This document shows, piece after piece, positions 18,463-28,244 of a DNA stretch of 64,000 nt. The notes beneath the pieces were generated by a model. That model had not been told where the DNA came from, ran no database searches, and saw only the letters and a program-made list of their open reading frames with translations. How positions within the stretch are numbered: the stretch's first letter is position 1; each line of letters begins with the position of its first letter. Position numbers and translations under genes: made by a program. This DNA is from Candidatus Wildermuthbacteria bacterium (GTDB lineage: Bacteria > Patescibacteriota > Minisyncoccia > Minisyncoccales > UBA10102), in the NCBI GenBank assembly GCA_016186115.1, contig JACPMK010000003.1, positions 154,470-218,469 on the forward strand, read 5' to 3'.

Positions 18463-20791
18463 TGCATCTCCATTTCGAAGACAAATACGGGTGTGCTGCG
18501 TGGCCAACATGGAGGCAGTGCGTTTTTTGTTATTGCCGCAGCTATTATTCTTGAAAGAGCGAGGGTACGATATTTCCGTGGTGTGTCCAGAAGGAAGATT
18601 CAATGAGGATATCAAGAAAAGCGGAGTGCGCCTCACCCCGATTCCCTTTCAGAGAAAAATGAATCCTTTTTCTGATCTTTTGTTTTTCATCCGGCTGTTT
18701 TTTTATTTTCGCAAAGAAAAATTCGATATCGTCCATACCCATAACCCAAAGCCTGAACTGTTTGGTCAACTTGCCGCCCGCCTTGCAGGCGTGCCTATTA
18801 TTGTCAATACGGTTCACGGCTTTCCATTTAATGAGAAATCTTCTTTCCTCAAGAGGCGACTTTTTATTTTGATAGAAAAAATAGCAGCACTTTGTTCTGA
18901 TCATGTGTTTTCTCAAAGTGAGGCAGGGGTGCAGGTTTTGATCAAAGAGAAAATAGCTGCGCCAGAGAAAGTTCAGTTTCTAGGGAATGGCATTGATCTT
19001 AAGAGATTCGACCCCATGCGGTTTGCCAAGCAGGATATCGAACAAAAGAAACAAGAGCTAGGGATCGACCCTCATACAAAGATCATTGGCATTGTGGCGC
19101 GATTAGTGCGCGAAAAGGGCTATCTTGAATTATTTGAGGCCTTTTCTCGAATCTTGGTACGTTTTCCTCAAACTATGCTTTTGATTGTGGGCCCTCAAGA
19201 GACGGAAAAGAGTGATGCCTTGCAACTTCATATCGTAAAGAAATACGGCATTGAAAAGAACGTGAAGTTTCTAGGCGAACGTACCGATGTTGATTCGCTT
19301 TATCCCGTGTTCGACATTTTTGTGCTGCCTTCGTGGCGGGAAGGATTCCCGAGGTCTGTGTTGGAGGCATCGGCAATGGCAAGAGCCGTAATCGCCACAG
19401 ACATTAGCGGATGCAGAGAAGCAGTTGTTGATGGAAGTACAGGGATATTGGTGCCGATCAAAAATCCAGAACAATTATTTCATGCCTTGGAGCAGTTGTT
19501 GGAAGATCCAGAAAAAACGCAGATATTGGGAAAGAAAGGGCAAGAAAAGGCAGCGCAAGAATTTGATGAACGGCTTATCTTTCAAAGAATTGCCAAGGAA
19601 TACGAACTGCTTATCAAAGAAAAACTTTCCGAAAGGTATAAAGTGTGTTGGGTGGCAAACATGGAAGCGGTTCGTTTTTTCCTTATGAATCAACTGCAGT
19701 GTTTGATGCGTGAGGGGTACGAGGTATCGGTCGTATGCCGGGATGGAAGATTTGTTTCAGATATGCGGGCTCAAGGTTTGAATATTAAAACAGTTAATTT
19801 CACGAGGAGAGTAAGTATTGTGCAAGATTTGATTGCATTGTTTCAGTTAGTACTCTATTTCCGCAAAGAAAAATTCGATATCGTCCATACCCATAACCCA
19901 AAGCCCGCTTTCTTTGGGCAATTGGCAGCAAGGTTAACGGGAGTACCGATTGTCATGAATACTCTTCATGGTTTTTCATTCAATCAGTACTCCACTTCAT
20001 TGCGACGGGTTGCTTCACTGTTCTTGGAAAGAATTACGGCGCGTTTTTCCAGTCGCATTTTGTCGGTGAGCAAAATCAATATGCAGATTGCCATTGAAAA
20101 ACATATTTGTACGTTAGACCGTATTCATTACGTAGGAAACGGGATTGAGCTGCCCCGATTCCGGCCAGAGCGTTTTTCACCAGAATTTATTGCTGCAAAG
20201 AAAAAAGAGCTTCGGATAGGAGAAGGAAAAAAAGTCGTGGGAGTGATTGCGCGGCTCGTAAAAGAAAAGGGCTACCTTGATTTGTTTCAAGCATGGCAAG
20301 AAGTTGCTGAAAAATTTCCAGAAGCCCTCCTCTTGATTATCGGACCTGTTGAGCCGGAAAAGGGAGATGCGGTAGATCCTGAAATAGTCAAATCATATGG
20401 CATAGCAAAAAGCACAATCTTTCTGGGAGAACGGCTTGATGTGGATGAGCTGTATCCGCTGATGGACGTATTTGTGTTGCCTTCTCATCGCGAGGGGCTT
20501 CCTTATTCGTTACTTGAGGCCTCTGCCATGGAAAAACCCATTGTTGCGACCGACGTGGGGGGTTGTAGAGAAATCATCGAGCATCATACAACAGGGATTC
20601 TGATTCCAGCGAAAAGCCCGGACCAGCTTGCCCAAGCTATTATGTATTTGTTCGAGCATCCCAAAGAAGCCGCACTCATGGGGAAAAATGCCAGAGCAAA
20701 AGTTGAGAGAGGATTTGATGAGCAGTTTGTATTTCAGAGATTGAGGGAGGAATACCAAGAACTTGTTTCAGAATATCATTCTAAAAGGTGA
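18455..20791 (+). CDS. Tandem double GT4 glycosyltransferase (two complete GT-B modules fused head-to-tail)
   Basis: Two collinear halves: (C)VANMEAVRF...FRKEKFDIVHTHNPKP...VARLVREKGY...PS.REG.P.S.LEASAM. The ATG at 18455 is preferred over the TTG at 18437. Confidence 0.8.
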   Translation: MPSASPFRRQIRVCCVANMEAVRFLLLPQLLFLKERGYDISVVCPEGRFNEDIKKSGVRLTPIPFQRKMNPFSDLLFFIRLFFYFRKEKFDIVHTHNPKPELFGQLAARLAGVPIIVNTVHGFPFNEKSSFLKRRLFILIEKIAALCSDHVFSQSEAGVQVLIKEKIAAPEKVQFLGNGIDLKRFDPMRFAKQDIEQKKQELGIDPHTKIIGIVARLVREKGYLELFEAFSRILVRFPQTMLLIVGPQETEKSDALQLHIVKKYGIEKNVKFLGERTDVDSLYPVFDIFVLPSWREGFPRSVLEASAMARAVIATDISGCREAVVDGSTGILVPIKNPEQLFHALEQLLEDPEKTQILGKKGQEKAAQEFDERLIFQRIAKEYELLIKEKLSERYKVCWVANMEAVRFFLMNQLQCLMREGYEVSVVCRDGRFVSDMRAQGLNIKTVNFTRRVSIVQDLIALFQLVLYFRKEKFDIVHTHNPKPAFFGQLAARLTGVPIVMNTLHGFSFNQYSTSLRRVASLFLERITARFSSRILSVSKINMQIAIEKHICTLDRIHYVGNGIELPRFRPERFSPEFIAAKKKELRIGEGKKVVGVIARLVKEKGYLDLFQAWQEVAEKFPEALLLIIGPVEPEKGDAVDPEIVKSYGIAKSTIFLGERLDVDELYPLMDVFVLPSHREGLPYSLLEASAMEKPIVATDVGGCREIIEHHTTGILIPAKSPDQLAQAIMYLFEHPKEAALMGKNARAKVERGFDEQFVFQRLREEYQELVSEYHSKR
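18710..18753 (+). repeat. 44-nt exact intragenic repeat, copy 1 (partner at 19862-19905)
   Basis: cgcaaagaaaaattcgatatcgtccatacccataacccaaagcc occurs identically 1152 nt (384 codons) downstream. Confidence 0.9.
19862..19905 (+). repeat. 44-nt exact intragenic repeat, copy 2
   Basis: Identical to 18710-18753. It encodes (F)RKEKFDIVHTHNPKP in both GT4 modules. Confidence 0.9.
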
Positions 20792-20805
20792 TTACAGAAA
20801 TAAAA

Positions 20806-20841
20806 ATACCCGTTCATTCCAGCATTGGAATGAACGGGTAT
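20806..20841 (+). terminator. Strong hairpin after the double-GT gene (terminator-like, weak U-tract)
   Basis: atacccgttcattcca / gcat / tggaatgaacgggtat is a 16-bp perfect stem, 15 nt after the stop at 20791. Confidence 0.6.
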
Positions 20842-20872
20842 TAATGCACAATTTTTCTTTAATGTCAAATGA

Positions 20873-20901
20873 TTGAGGAAGAATCCCGACTGCTCTATAA
20901 T
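20873..20901 (+). promoter_or_regulatory. sigma70-like promoter (TTGAGG-17nt-TATAAT) for the priming-transferase sub-operon
   Basis: -35 at 20873-20878 and -10 at 20896-20901. An AAGAGG Shine-Dalgarno-like element precedes the ATG at 20919. Confidence 0.55.
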
Positions 20902-20918
20902 GAAGGCGTAAAAGAGGT

Positions 20919-21533
20919 ATGATGCAAATTCAGCGATTTATAAAAACGCAGATGGATTTTTGGATTGCGTTGGTGGTGCTTATCGTTTGTACGCTGCCAT
21001 TTTTAATGATTGCTTTGTTGATTGTGTTTGATTCAAAGGGGCCGATTTTTTTTCGGCAAGAGCGCGTAGGTAAATATGGAAAGATATTCAAGATATGGAA
21101 GTTCCGAACTATGGTGGATCATGCCGCGCACATAGGATTGGGTCTTGAAATAGCCCATAATGATTCCCGAATTACCAGAGTAGGAAAGTTTTTGCGGCGC
21201 TTTGGAATTGATGAAATCCCGCAGATATTCAATATTCTTGCTGGTCAGATGTCTTTGGTCGGGCCTCGGGCCGCTCTTCCTCATCAGGTTGCGCAGTATA
21301 CGGATTTTGAGAAGAAACGTTTAGAAGTAAAGCCGGGTGTTACCAATATCAATATCTTGAAGGGATGGAATACATTGCCGTGGAAAGAGCGAATTAAGTG
21401 GGATGTGTGGTATGTGGAGCACTGGTCGTTGTGGCTCGACTTGAAAATCTTAACAGTAACTCCTATAATCGTACTATCTGGTAAGGGCCAGTATGGCGAA
21501 AAAGGAGTTGTAGAAGATTACAAACGAGAATAG
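20919..21533 (+). CDS. Undecaprenyl-phosphate sugar phosphotransferase (small PglC/WbaP C-terminal type, Bac_transf)
   Basis: Single N-terminal membrane helix followed by KGPIFFRQERVGKYGKIFKIWKFRTM...DEIPQ...LVGPR. Confidence 0.85.
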   Translation: MMQIQRFIKTQMDFWIALVVLIVCTLPFLMIALLIVFDSKGPIFFRQERVGKYGKIFKIWKFRTMVDHAAHIGLGLEIAHNDSRITRVGKFLRRFGIDEIPQIFNILAGQMSLVGPRAALPHQVAQYTDFEKKRLEVKPGVTNINILKGWNTLPWKERIKWDVWYVEHWSLWLDLKILTVTPIIVLSGKGQYGEKGVVEDYKRE

Positions 21534-21540
21534 TTGAGAT

Positions 21541-22446
21541 ATGCGAGCAATTGTAACAGGAGCAAGCGGACTCGTTGGTTCTTATCTTTCAGAGCAACTC
21601 TTGGAAAGGGGATACGAGGTGCTTGGATTGTCCTATGGACAAGAGGAACATATCGCTCATTTAAAACAAAAAAAGAATTTCCAATATATGAATGCCGATA
21701 TTCGTGATTTTGAGAGAATTCTGGAAATTTTCCAGCAGTATCATCCTCAAGGAGTATTCCATGCTGCGGCACTGCTTCCTCCCAAGGCGGAAGGAAGTGA
21801 TCCCTTTCCCTTTTTTGAGATCAACGTGCGGGGTACGCTCAATGTATTGGAGGCCTGCTGCAGATCAGGAATGAAAAAGATTATCTACAGTTCTTCTATG
21901 AATGTCTATGGCAAAGATATTCAGATATTGCCGGTAAAAGAAACGTGCCCGCCGCATCCTTTTGATTTCTACAGCATTACAAAACTTCAAGGGGAGGAGT
22001 TTTGCAGATTATACGCCGAGTTCTACGGATTACAGACAACTGTTTTGCGGTGCTCCGGCATTCATGGATTTCCCAGAAAAGGTGGAGCTGTATATTCATT
22101 TATTCGCAATGCTCTCGATAACAAACCCCTCGAAATCCTGAGCGATATGAGTTGGGATACGCTCTATGTGGAAGATGTGGCAAGAGCAAATATTCTTGCT
22201 TTTGAGAAAGACAGTCCCTCATCATTTTCAATTTTCAATATTGGGGGCGGCAAAGAAATACATCTCAAAGATCTTGCGCAAAAAATTATAGCGATGACGA
22301 ACTCCCAATCGGAGATTGTTACGAAGGAAAGCACGGGTTCGAGCCATTTCTTCCTTGATATCAGCAAGGCAAAAGAACAATTGGGTTTTTCTCCCAGACC
22401 ATTGGAAGAGGGCCTGCAAGAGTTTATCCAAAAGTTACGAGAATGA
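21541..22446 (+). CDS. NAD-dependent epimerase/dehydratase (extended SDR)
   Basis: VTGASGLVGSYL Rossmann motif and YSITK (YxxxK). Confidence 0.75.
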   Translation: MRAIVTGASGLVGSYLSEQLLERGYEVLGLSYGQEEHIAHLKQKKNFQYMNADIRDFERILEIFQQYHPQGVFHAAALLPPKAEGSDPFPFFEINVRGTLNVLEACCRSGMKKIIYSSSMNVYGKDIQILPVKETCPPHPFDFYSITKLQGEEFCRLYAEFYGLQTTVLRCSGIHGFPRKGGAVYSFIRNALDNKPLEILSDMSWDTLYVEDVARANILAFEKDSPSSFSIFNIGGGKEIHLKDLAQKIIAMTNSQSEIVTKESTGSSHFFLDISKAKEQLGFSPRPLEEGLQEFIQKLRE

Positions 22447-22452
22447 AATGAT

Positions 22453-23133
22453 ATGGTTACCGTCACCATCAATCAGGCACTCCACCTTCCTTATCTTGGA
22501 ATTTTTGAACGCATGGCAAAAAGCGATGTATTCGTATTTCTTGATGACGTGCAGTTTGTTAAAAATGACTTTTACAATCGGAATAGAATCAAGACAGAGC
22601 AGGGCTGGCAGTGGATTACCGTACCAGTAAAATATCGCTTCCCGCAGATTCAGAATGAAGTAGAAATTGATAACATGAAAAATTGGCGGGAGAAAAACTG
22701 GAGAAGCATTGAATCAAGTTATGAACAAGCGCCCTTCTTCTCCGAGTACAAAGATTCATTCCGTGATGTGTACCAAGAGCAAAAAAATATTATTTCTGAT
22801 TACAATGTCGATCTTACCCTGTATCTTGCAGAAAAATTGGGCATAAAGGCAAAACTGGTGCGTTCATCAGAGCTTGGGGTGCCAAAGGGGATTGGCGCCA
22901 CAGAGCGATTAGTGGAAATCTGCAAACTCTTCGGCGCAACCACGTATTTCTCGGGGAAAGGTGGGCATAACTACTTAAAGGAAGACAAATTTTCTGAAGC
23001 CAATATGCAAGTTATCTATCAGGATTTTCAACACCCCACCTATCCCCAGTTGTATGGGGATTTTATTCCCGGGCTTTCCATTATTGATCTTCTTTTTAAT
23101 ATAGGCCCCAAAAGCATTGATTTTATCGTATGA
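22453..23133 (+). CDS. WbqC-family protein
   Basis: The N-terminal HLPYLGIFERMAKSDVFVFLDDVQFVKNDFYNRNRIK...WITVPV pattern is characteristic of WbqC-like proteins. Confidence 0.65.
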   Translation: MVTVTINQALHLPYLGIFERMAKSDVFVFLDDVQFVKNDFYNRNRIKTEQGWQWITVPVKYRFPQIQNEVEIDNMKNWREKNWRSIESSYEQAPFFSEYKDSFRDVYQEQKNIISDYNVDLTLYLAEKLGIKAKLVRSSELGVPKGIGATERLVEICKLFGATTYFSGKGGHNYLKEDKFSEANMQVIYQDFQHPTYPQLYGDFIPGLSIIDLLFNIGPKSIDFIV

Positions 23134-24230
23134 TTCCATTGCTACGACCAACCTTGCCAAAACTCGCTTCTCTTCAGGGAAAGTTAAAAGATGTGTTTCG
23201 CACTGGCATGCTTACCAATGCAAAGTATGTCCGGGAGTTTGAGAATCGTTGCGCAGAGTATTTGGGAGTAAAGCATGCCATTGCAGTCGCTAATGGGACC
23301 TCGGCTTTAATGCTTGCTCTCACTTGTCTTGATATGAAGGGAGAAGTTATTCTTCCAAGTTTTACCTACAGTTCAGATGGGCATGTATTGTTGTGGTGCG
23401 GGGTAAAACCTAAATTCGCAGATATTGATCCTGCAACGCTCAATTTAGATCCGGAATCAATCGAGCGCAGCATCACTTCTCGAACGCAGGCCATTATGCC
23501 GACCCATGTCTTTGGCAATCCCTGCGAGATTGATGCAATCGGCAAAATTGCAAGGAAACATAATGTAAAGGTAATCTATGATGGGGCGCATGCCTTCGGC
23601 TCTGTATATCATGGAAAGTCGGTGTTGGGATTTGGGGATGTTTCCATTGTGAGTTTGACGCCTACCAAAACTCTCACCACCGGAGAAGGCGGGCTGCTGA
23701 TTGTAAATGATGAGAAGTTAGCGAGAAAGATGAAATTAGGCAGATATAACGGCGACAGCGAGAATCGTAATGAAGAATTCTTGGGCATTACCGCAAGAAT
23801 GGATGAGTTGAGCGCCATCTTGGGAATCGAGGGATTGAAGATCTTTCCCAAAATGCAGCGAAGAAGATTGCATCTGGTCGAACTGTATCGAAGAGAATTA
23901 CACGGGCTTCCGGGAATTACTTTCCAAAAGATTTCTTCCGGCTCTATATCTGCGTATAAGGACCTTGTGATTTTAGTTGACAAGGAAAAATTCGGGATTT
24001 CTCGTGATGAACTGATAGGAGAGTTGCGGAAAAAGAATATTGAGACCAAGGCGTATTTTTACCCCATTCACAAAAAGAAGGTCTATGAAAGGTACCAGAA
24101 TCTTCGGCTTCCAAATACCGAATTGGTGTGGGAAAAAATTATGAACCTTCCCTTGTATTCTCACATGCCAGAGCAATATGCGAAAAAAGTGTGTTCTGTT
24201 ATTCAATCTATTCATCAAAAGCATATATGA
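23130..24230 (+). CDS. DegT/DnrJ/EryC1/StrS-family PLP-dependent sugar aminotransferase
   Basis: AVANGTSAL..., a DGAHAFGS..., and SLTPTKTLTTGEGG (Lys-containing PLP site). Confidence 0.85.
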   Translation: MIPLLRPTLPKLASLQGKLKDVFRTGMLTNAKYVREFENRCAEYLGVKHAIAVANGTSALMLALTCLDMKGEVILPSFTYSSDGHVLLWCGVKPKFADIDPATLNLDPESIERSITSRTQAIMPTHVFGNPCEIDAIGKIARKHNVKVIYDGAHAFGSVYHGKSVLGFGDVSIVSLTPTKTLTTGEGGLLIVNDEKLARKMKLGRYNGDSENRNEEFLGITARMDELSAILGIEGLKIFPKMQRRRLHLVELYRRELHGLPGITFQKISSGSISAYKDLVILVDKEKFGISRDELIGELRKKNIETKAYFYPIHKKKVYERYQNLRLPNTELVWEKIMNLPLYSHMPEQYAKKVCSVIQSIHQKHI

Positions 24231-24886
24231 AGATTCTTGTGCTCGCTCCTCATCCTGACGATGAAGTGCTTGGATGCGGAGGAATAATGAAAAAATATAG
24301 TAAGAGAGGTGATGAGGTGTATCTTTGTGTGGTGACCCAAGGGTATAGTCCAGATTGGTCAGAAGAATTTTTGCGGAATCTTAGGGATGGACTAGATCAA
24401 GCAAATCGAATTTTGGGTACCAAGGAGAAATTTTTCTTGGGATTTCCTACGGCAAAGCTCGACATGATACCTCAAAAAGAATTGAATGATGCTCTTTTTC
24501 GACTTGTAGAAACCGTGCAACCTGATGTTATCTATGCGCCAAGCATGAGTGATTTAAGCAGGGATCATCGCTGTATTTTCGAGTCCTTACTCGTAGCGGT
24601 ACGGCCTAAACCCGGAATGCATACACCCCAAGTTCTTTGCTACGAGGTTTTATCCGAAACAGATTGGGGAACTCCGCTTCATAATTTTGTTCCCAATGTA
24701 TATGAAGATATCACAAACGAGTTTGGGGACAAGATAGAAGCAATGAAGGCGTATAAAAGCGAGCTGAAAGATTTTCCTCACCCCCGTTCTGTTGAAGCGA
24801 TTGAGGCCCTAGCAAAGAAAAGGGGATCCGAAGTAGGCACATATGCTGCAGAGGCCTTTGTTTTGATACGTTCTTTCCAAAAATAG
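24227..24886 (+). CDS. PIG-L/LmbE-family sugar N-deacetylase (copy 2)
   Basis: The ATG at 24227 forms an ATGA overlap. ILVLAPHPDDEVLGCGG, with a C-terminal FPHPRS...EAF shared with copy 1. Confidence 0.8.
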   Translation: MKILVLAPHPDDEVLGCGGIMKKYSKRGDEVYLCVVTQGYSPDWSEEFLRNLRDGLDQANRILGTKEKFFLGFPTAKLDMIPQKELNDALFRLVETVQPDVIYAPSMSDLSRDHRCIFESLLVAVRPKPGMHTPQVLCYEVLSETDWGTPLHNFVPNVYEDITNEFGDKIEAMKAYKSELKDFPHPRSVEAIEALAKKRGSEVGTYAAEAFVLIRSFQK

Positions 24887-24887
24887 T

Positions 24888-25565
24888 ATGAACATAGGGA
24901 TTATCTCTGATGTGCATTCGAATGTGTATGGTTTGCAGAGTGTGTTGGATCAATTAAAGGGCATGGATACCATTTTGTGTGCTGGCGATCTGGTAGGGTA
25001 TTATCCTTTTGTCAATGAGGCATTAGATCTTCTGCGCCGGAAGAATGTTCAGTGTATTCTTGGAAATCACGATGCGTATCTTCTGGGATTACTGCCCCCG
25101 CCAGAAAACCCCAATGTTATATCTCCTTTGCAATACGCCCAAAAGCATATCAGCCCAGAAAATATGAAATTTCTGAAAGATATAGGGACAGGCCATCGGG
25201 AGGTTACAATAGACGGGCTCCATGTTACAATGTTTCATGGAAGCCCTTGGGATGAGTTTGAGGAATATATCTTCCCAGATTTTTCTGATTTCCAAAAATT
25301 CAAAAAGATAAGGGCAGATGTTGTTATTTTGGGTCATACTCATTATTCTATGGTGAGACATGTAGAGAGTATGGTGATTGTGAATCCCGGCTCGTGCGGT
25401 CAGCCAAGAGATTGGAACCCCGCAGCTTCGTATGCGGTCTTAGATACCAGCACAAAAGAGGTTGTGCTCCAAAGAGCGAGTTATGATGTTGAGATTGTAT
25501 GCGAAAGGGCGCGACAGGAAGGGTTTCCAGAATATGTTGTTCAGGTATTGCAACGAAGAAAATAG
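24888..25565 (+). CDS. Calcineurin-like metallophosphoesterase (YfcE/MJ0936-like)
   Basis: IISDVHSN, a GDLVGY, a GNHD and a GHTH motif. Confidence 0.75.
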   Translation: MNIGIISDVHSNVYGLQSVLDQLKGMDTILCAGDLVGYYPFVNEALDLLRRKNVQCILGNHDAYLLGLLPPPENPNVISPLQYAQKHISPENMKFLKDIGTGHREVTIDGLHVTMFHGSPWDEFEEYIFPDFSDFQKFKKIRADVVILGHTHYSMVRHVESMVIVNPGSCGQPRDWNPAASYAVLDTSTKEVVLQRASYDVEIVCERARQEGFPEYVVQVLQRRK

Positions 25566-25577
25566 CCGTAAACTTTT

Positions 25578-26678
25578 ATGAATACGCAACAAATATCAGT
25601 CCTTATTACCGGAGTGGGAGGAGGAAGCACAGGTGAAGGGTTGATAAAGTCGTTAAAACTTGCAGCGACTCCATATCGTATTATTGCGGTAGATGCGCTT
25701 CCCATCAGTTTTGGTTTTTTTGAAGTGGATGCGTATGAGCAGGTCCCTTCTGCAGGGAGCCCGCAATACCTGGAAAGAATTTTAGCTATTTGCAAGAGAG
25801 AAAACGTACAGGTCGTTATTCCGGGGTCTGAACCAGAGCTGAAAAAAATGTCAGAAAATCGGAAGGTCTTTGAGGATAATGGCATTCTTTTATTGATCAA
25901 TAATGCCGAGGTCATCAGCCGGTGCATGGATAAATGGGAAACATATCTTTTTCTCAAGGAGCACGGTTTTGATGTGCCGCAGTCCTACCTTATTACCGAG
26001 GAGCAGCAGATAGACGAAATAGGTTTGTTTCCCGTTGTGATTAAGCCAATTCGCGGCGGGGGATCCTCGGTCAATGCTTTTCTTGCGCAGGACAAACCAG
26101 AACTCGAATTTTTTGTGCGGTATCTGCTTAAGCAAGGGGCTGTTCCTGTTGCGCAAGAATACGTTGGTTCTCCAAAAGAGGAATACACTACCGGAGTGTT
26201 GCATACCCTTGATGGAAATTTTCTTGGGTCCATTGCCTTGCGTCGTCAGATTTTAAGTGGGCTATCGAGCAAAATACGGATTAAGAATCGGACACAGCAT
26301 CCTTATTTTGACACCTTGGCTATTTCTTCGGGTTATTCGCAGGGACTTGTGGGAGATTACAGGTCTGTTAGGGACTATGCCGAGCGAATTAGTCAGGCGT
26401 TGCATTCAACTGGTCCCTTGAACGTGCAATGTCGGAAAACAGAAAAGGGTATTTATACATTTGAAATTAATCCTCGCTTCTCTGGAACAACAGTAATGCG
26501 AGCAATGGTAGGATTTAATGAACCGGATATTCTTATACGCCATCATATTCTTGGGGAAAAAATTGAGTTGCCTATTCCATATAAAACTGGCATTGTCGCA
26601 AGGGGCTTGCGTGAACAGTATATAGGGATTGATCAGGTGAAAAATATTTCTTTGGAAGATTTTATCGAGCATCAATAA
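25578..26678 (+). CDS. ATP-grasp domain enzyme (carboxylate-amine ligase-like)
   Basis: PVVIKPIRGGGS..., EYV...EYT..., and C-terminal FEINPRFSGT are typical ATP-grasp elements. Confidence 0.7.
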   Translation: MNTQQISVLITGVGGGSTGEGLIKSLKLAATPYRIIAVDALPISFGFFEVDAYEQVPSAGSPQYLERILAICKRENVQVVIPGSEPELKKMSENRKVFEDNGILLLINNAEVISRCMDKWETYLFLKEHGFDVPQSYLITEEQQIDEIGLFPVVIKPIRGGGSSVNAFLAQDKPELEFFVRYLLKQGAVPVAQEYVGSPKEEYTTGVLHTLDGNFLGSIALRRQILSGLSSKIRIKNRTQHPYFDTLAISSGYSQGLVGDYRSVRDYAERISQALHSTGPLNVQCRKTEKGIYTFEINPRFSGTTVMRAMVGFNEPDILIRHHILGEKIELPIPYKTGIVARGLREQYIGIDQVKNISLEDFIEHQ

Positions 26679-26684
26679 CGCTCT

Positions 26685-28190
26685 ATGAATGCTATTCTCA
26701 ATTCTTTTCTATCGATTTTAAGAGGGGCAAAAAGATTCCGCAGGCCTATTTTTATAGCAATGGATGCCGGAGTTATTGTTGCCTCTATTCTTATTGCATT
26801 TTTGTTGCGATTCGATGGGACTATTCCTTCTGAACGATGGGATGCCCTATGGACATTTGCAGTCATTTCTCTTTGCGTGACGATCCCGGTATTTTGGTGG
26901 CAAAGCATGTACAAAATCTCCTGGTCTTACGTGGCGTTGACCGATATTCCCAAGATAGCAAGAAGCGTCGTGATGAGCGTTTCTCTTGTGGGGCTCATCC
27001 TCTTTCTTTTCAAGAATTCACCTGTGCTTGAGGAGTTTCCTCGGTCGGTCATCTTTAGTTATGGCCTCCTTCTTTTCTTATATGTTGGCACTCTTCGCTT
27101 TTCAAAAAGAATCTATTGGCAACTTTTTCAGGGTAAACTGGGCGTGCCTGTGCCGCAAGCGGAATTCCCCTTTCCTTTTCGAAAGATTGTGCAGAATGAA
27201 AAAGACCGCATCAAAACCGTTTTGCTTACGGGCGGAGCCGGATATTTGGGATCCATGCTTACGCATCTGCTTTTGAGCAGCGGTTATAGAGTGAGAGTGG
27301 TTGATCGGCTATTGTTTGGCGATGCCTCTCTGCAGGATGTGAGAAAAAATCCAAATTTTGAATTGATCGAAAGAAATATTTTTGATCTTCGAGATGACCA
27401 CGCTGTGTTTGCAGATATTGATTGCGTGGTACACTTGGCTGCTATTGTTGGAGAGCCGGCTTGTGTCGCGAACAAAGACCTTTCTTTGAGAACAAATTAT
27501 TTGGGGACGGTCTATCTTGCTCGTCTTTGCAAAGCATTTGGAATCAAAAGATTCATTTTTGCCTCTACGTGCAGCGTATATGGCGAAGCCGAGAATGGGA
27601 GCGTTGTCGATGAGAGGTCTTCTTTAAAACCAGTAGATTTTTATGGGGAGACGAAAATTTATGCCGAAAGAGAACTTTTGAAATTAATGGATGAACATTT
27701 TACTTGTGTTTTCCTGCGCTTCGGCACTTTGTATGGGTTGTCCTACCGAATGCGTTTTGACTTGGTTGTGAATACATTTGCAAAAAAGGCGGTGAAAGAT
27801 AGAGAAATCTTACTGTTCGGAGGAAAGCAATGGAGACCTCTTGTCCATGTGCAAGATGCGGCTCGGGCAATTTATCTTTGTGTAGATGCCTCAACGCAGA
27901 GGGTCGCAAATCAGATTTTCAATGTAGGGGGAGATCAGGAAAACTACCTTATTTCAGATGTGAGCGATCTTATCAAAGAATATTTTCCAGAAACTTGCAT
28001 TAAGACAATTTCAAATGTCACTGATCAGAGAAGTTATCGAGTTTCCTTTCAAAAGATTAAAAAAGTGTTAGGTTTTGAACCAACCAAAACCGTGGGAGAT
28101 GGCATCGCAGAGATTAAGGGAGCGATTGACAGAGGCGTCTTTCAAGATCTCGAAAATAAACAGTACTATAATCATCTTTTCCAGAAGTAG
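26685..28190 (+). CDS. Membrane-anchored extended SDR (CapD/PglF/WbpM-like architecture: N-terminal TM bundle plus NAD-dependent epimerase/dehydratase)
   Basis: About 4 TM helices in the first ~150 aa, then LLTGGAGYLGS and YGETK (YxxxK). Confidence 0.7.
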   Translation: MNAILNSFLSILRGAKRFRRPIFIAMDAGVIVASILIAFLLRFDGTIPSERWDALWTFAVISLCVTIPVFWWQSMYKISWSYVALTDIPKIARSVVMSVSLVGLILFLFKNSPVLEEFPRSVIFSYGLLLFLYVGTLRFSKRIYWQLFQGKLGVPVPQAEFPFPFRKIVQNEKDRIKTVLLTGGAGYLGSMLTHLLLSSGYRVRVVDRLLFGDASLQDVRKNPNFELIERNIFDLRDDHAVFADIDCVVHLAAIVGEPACVANKDLSLRTNYLGTVYLARLCKAFGIKRFIFASTCSVYGEAENGSVVDERSSLKPVDFYGETKIYAERELLKLMDEHFTCVFLRFGTLYGLSYRMRFDLVVNTFAKKAVKDREILLFGGKQWRPLVHVQDAARAIYLCVDASTQRVANQIFNVGGDQENYLISDVSDLIKEYFPETCIKTISNVTDQRSYRVSFQKIKKVLGFEPTKTVGDGIAEIKGAIDRGVFQDLENKQYYNHLFQK

Positions 28191-28244
28191 CCCATCGGCT
28201 CTTGCATTATGTCTTTGAAAGAGATATAGAGAGAGTGATGTCCT

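Noticed and set aside
18710-19905. The 44-nt exact repeat pair as a CRISPR-like or IS-derived repeat
   Set aside because: There are only two copies, both in frame within homologous positions of a duplicated GT4 coding sequence. There is no spacer-repeat periodicity and there are no cas or transposase genes.
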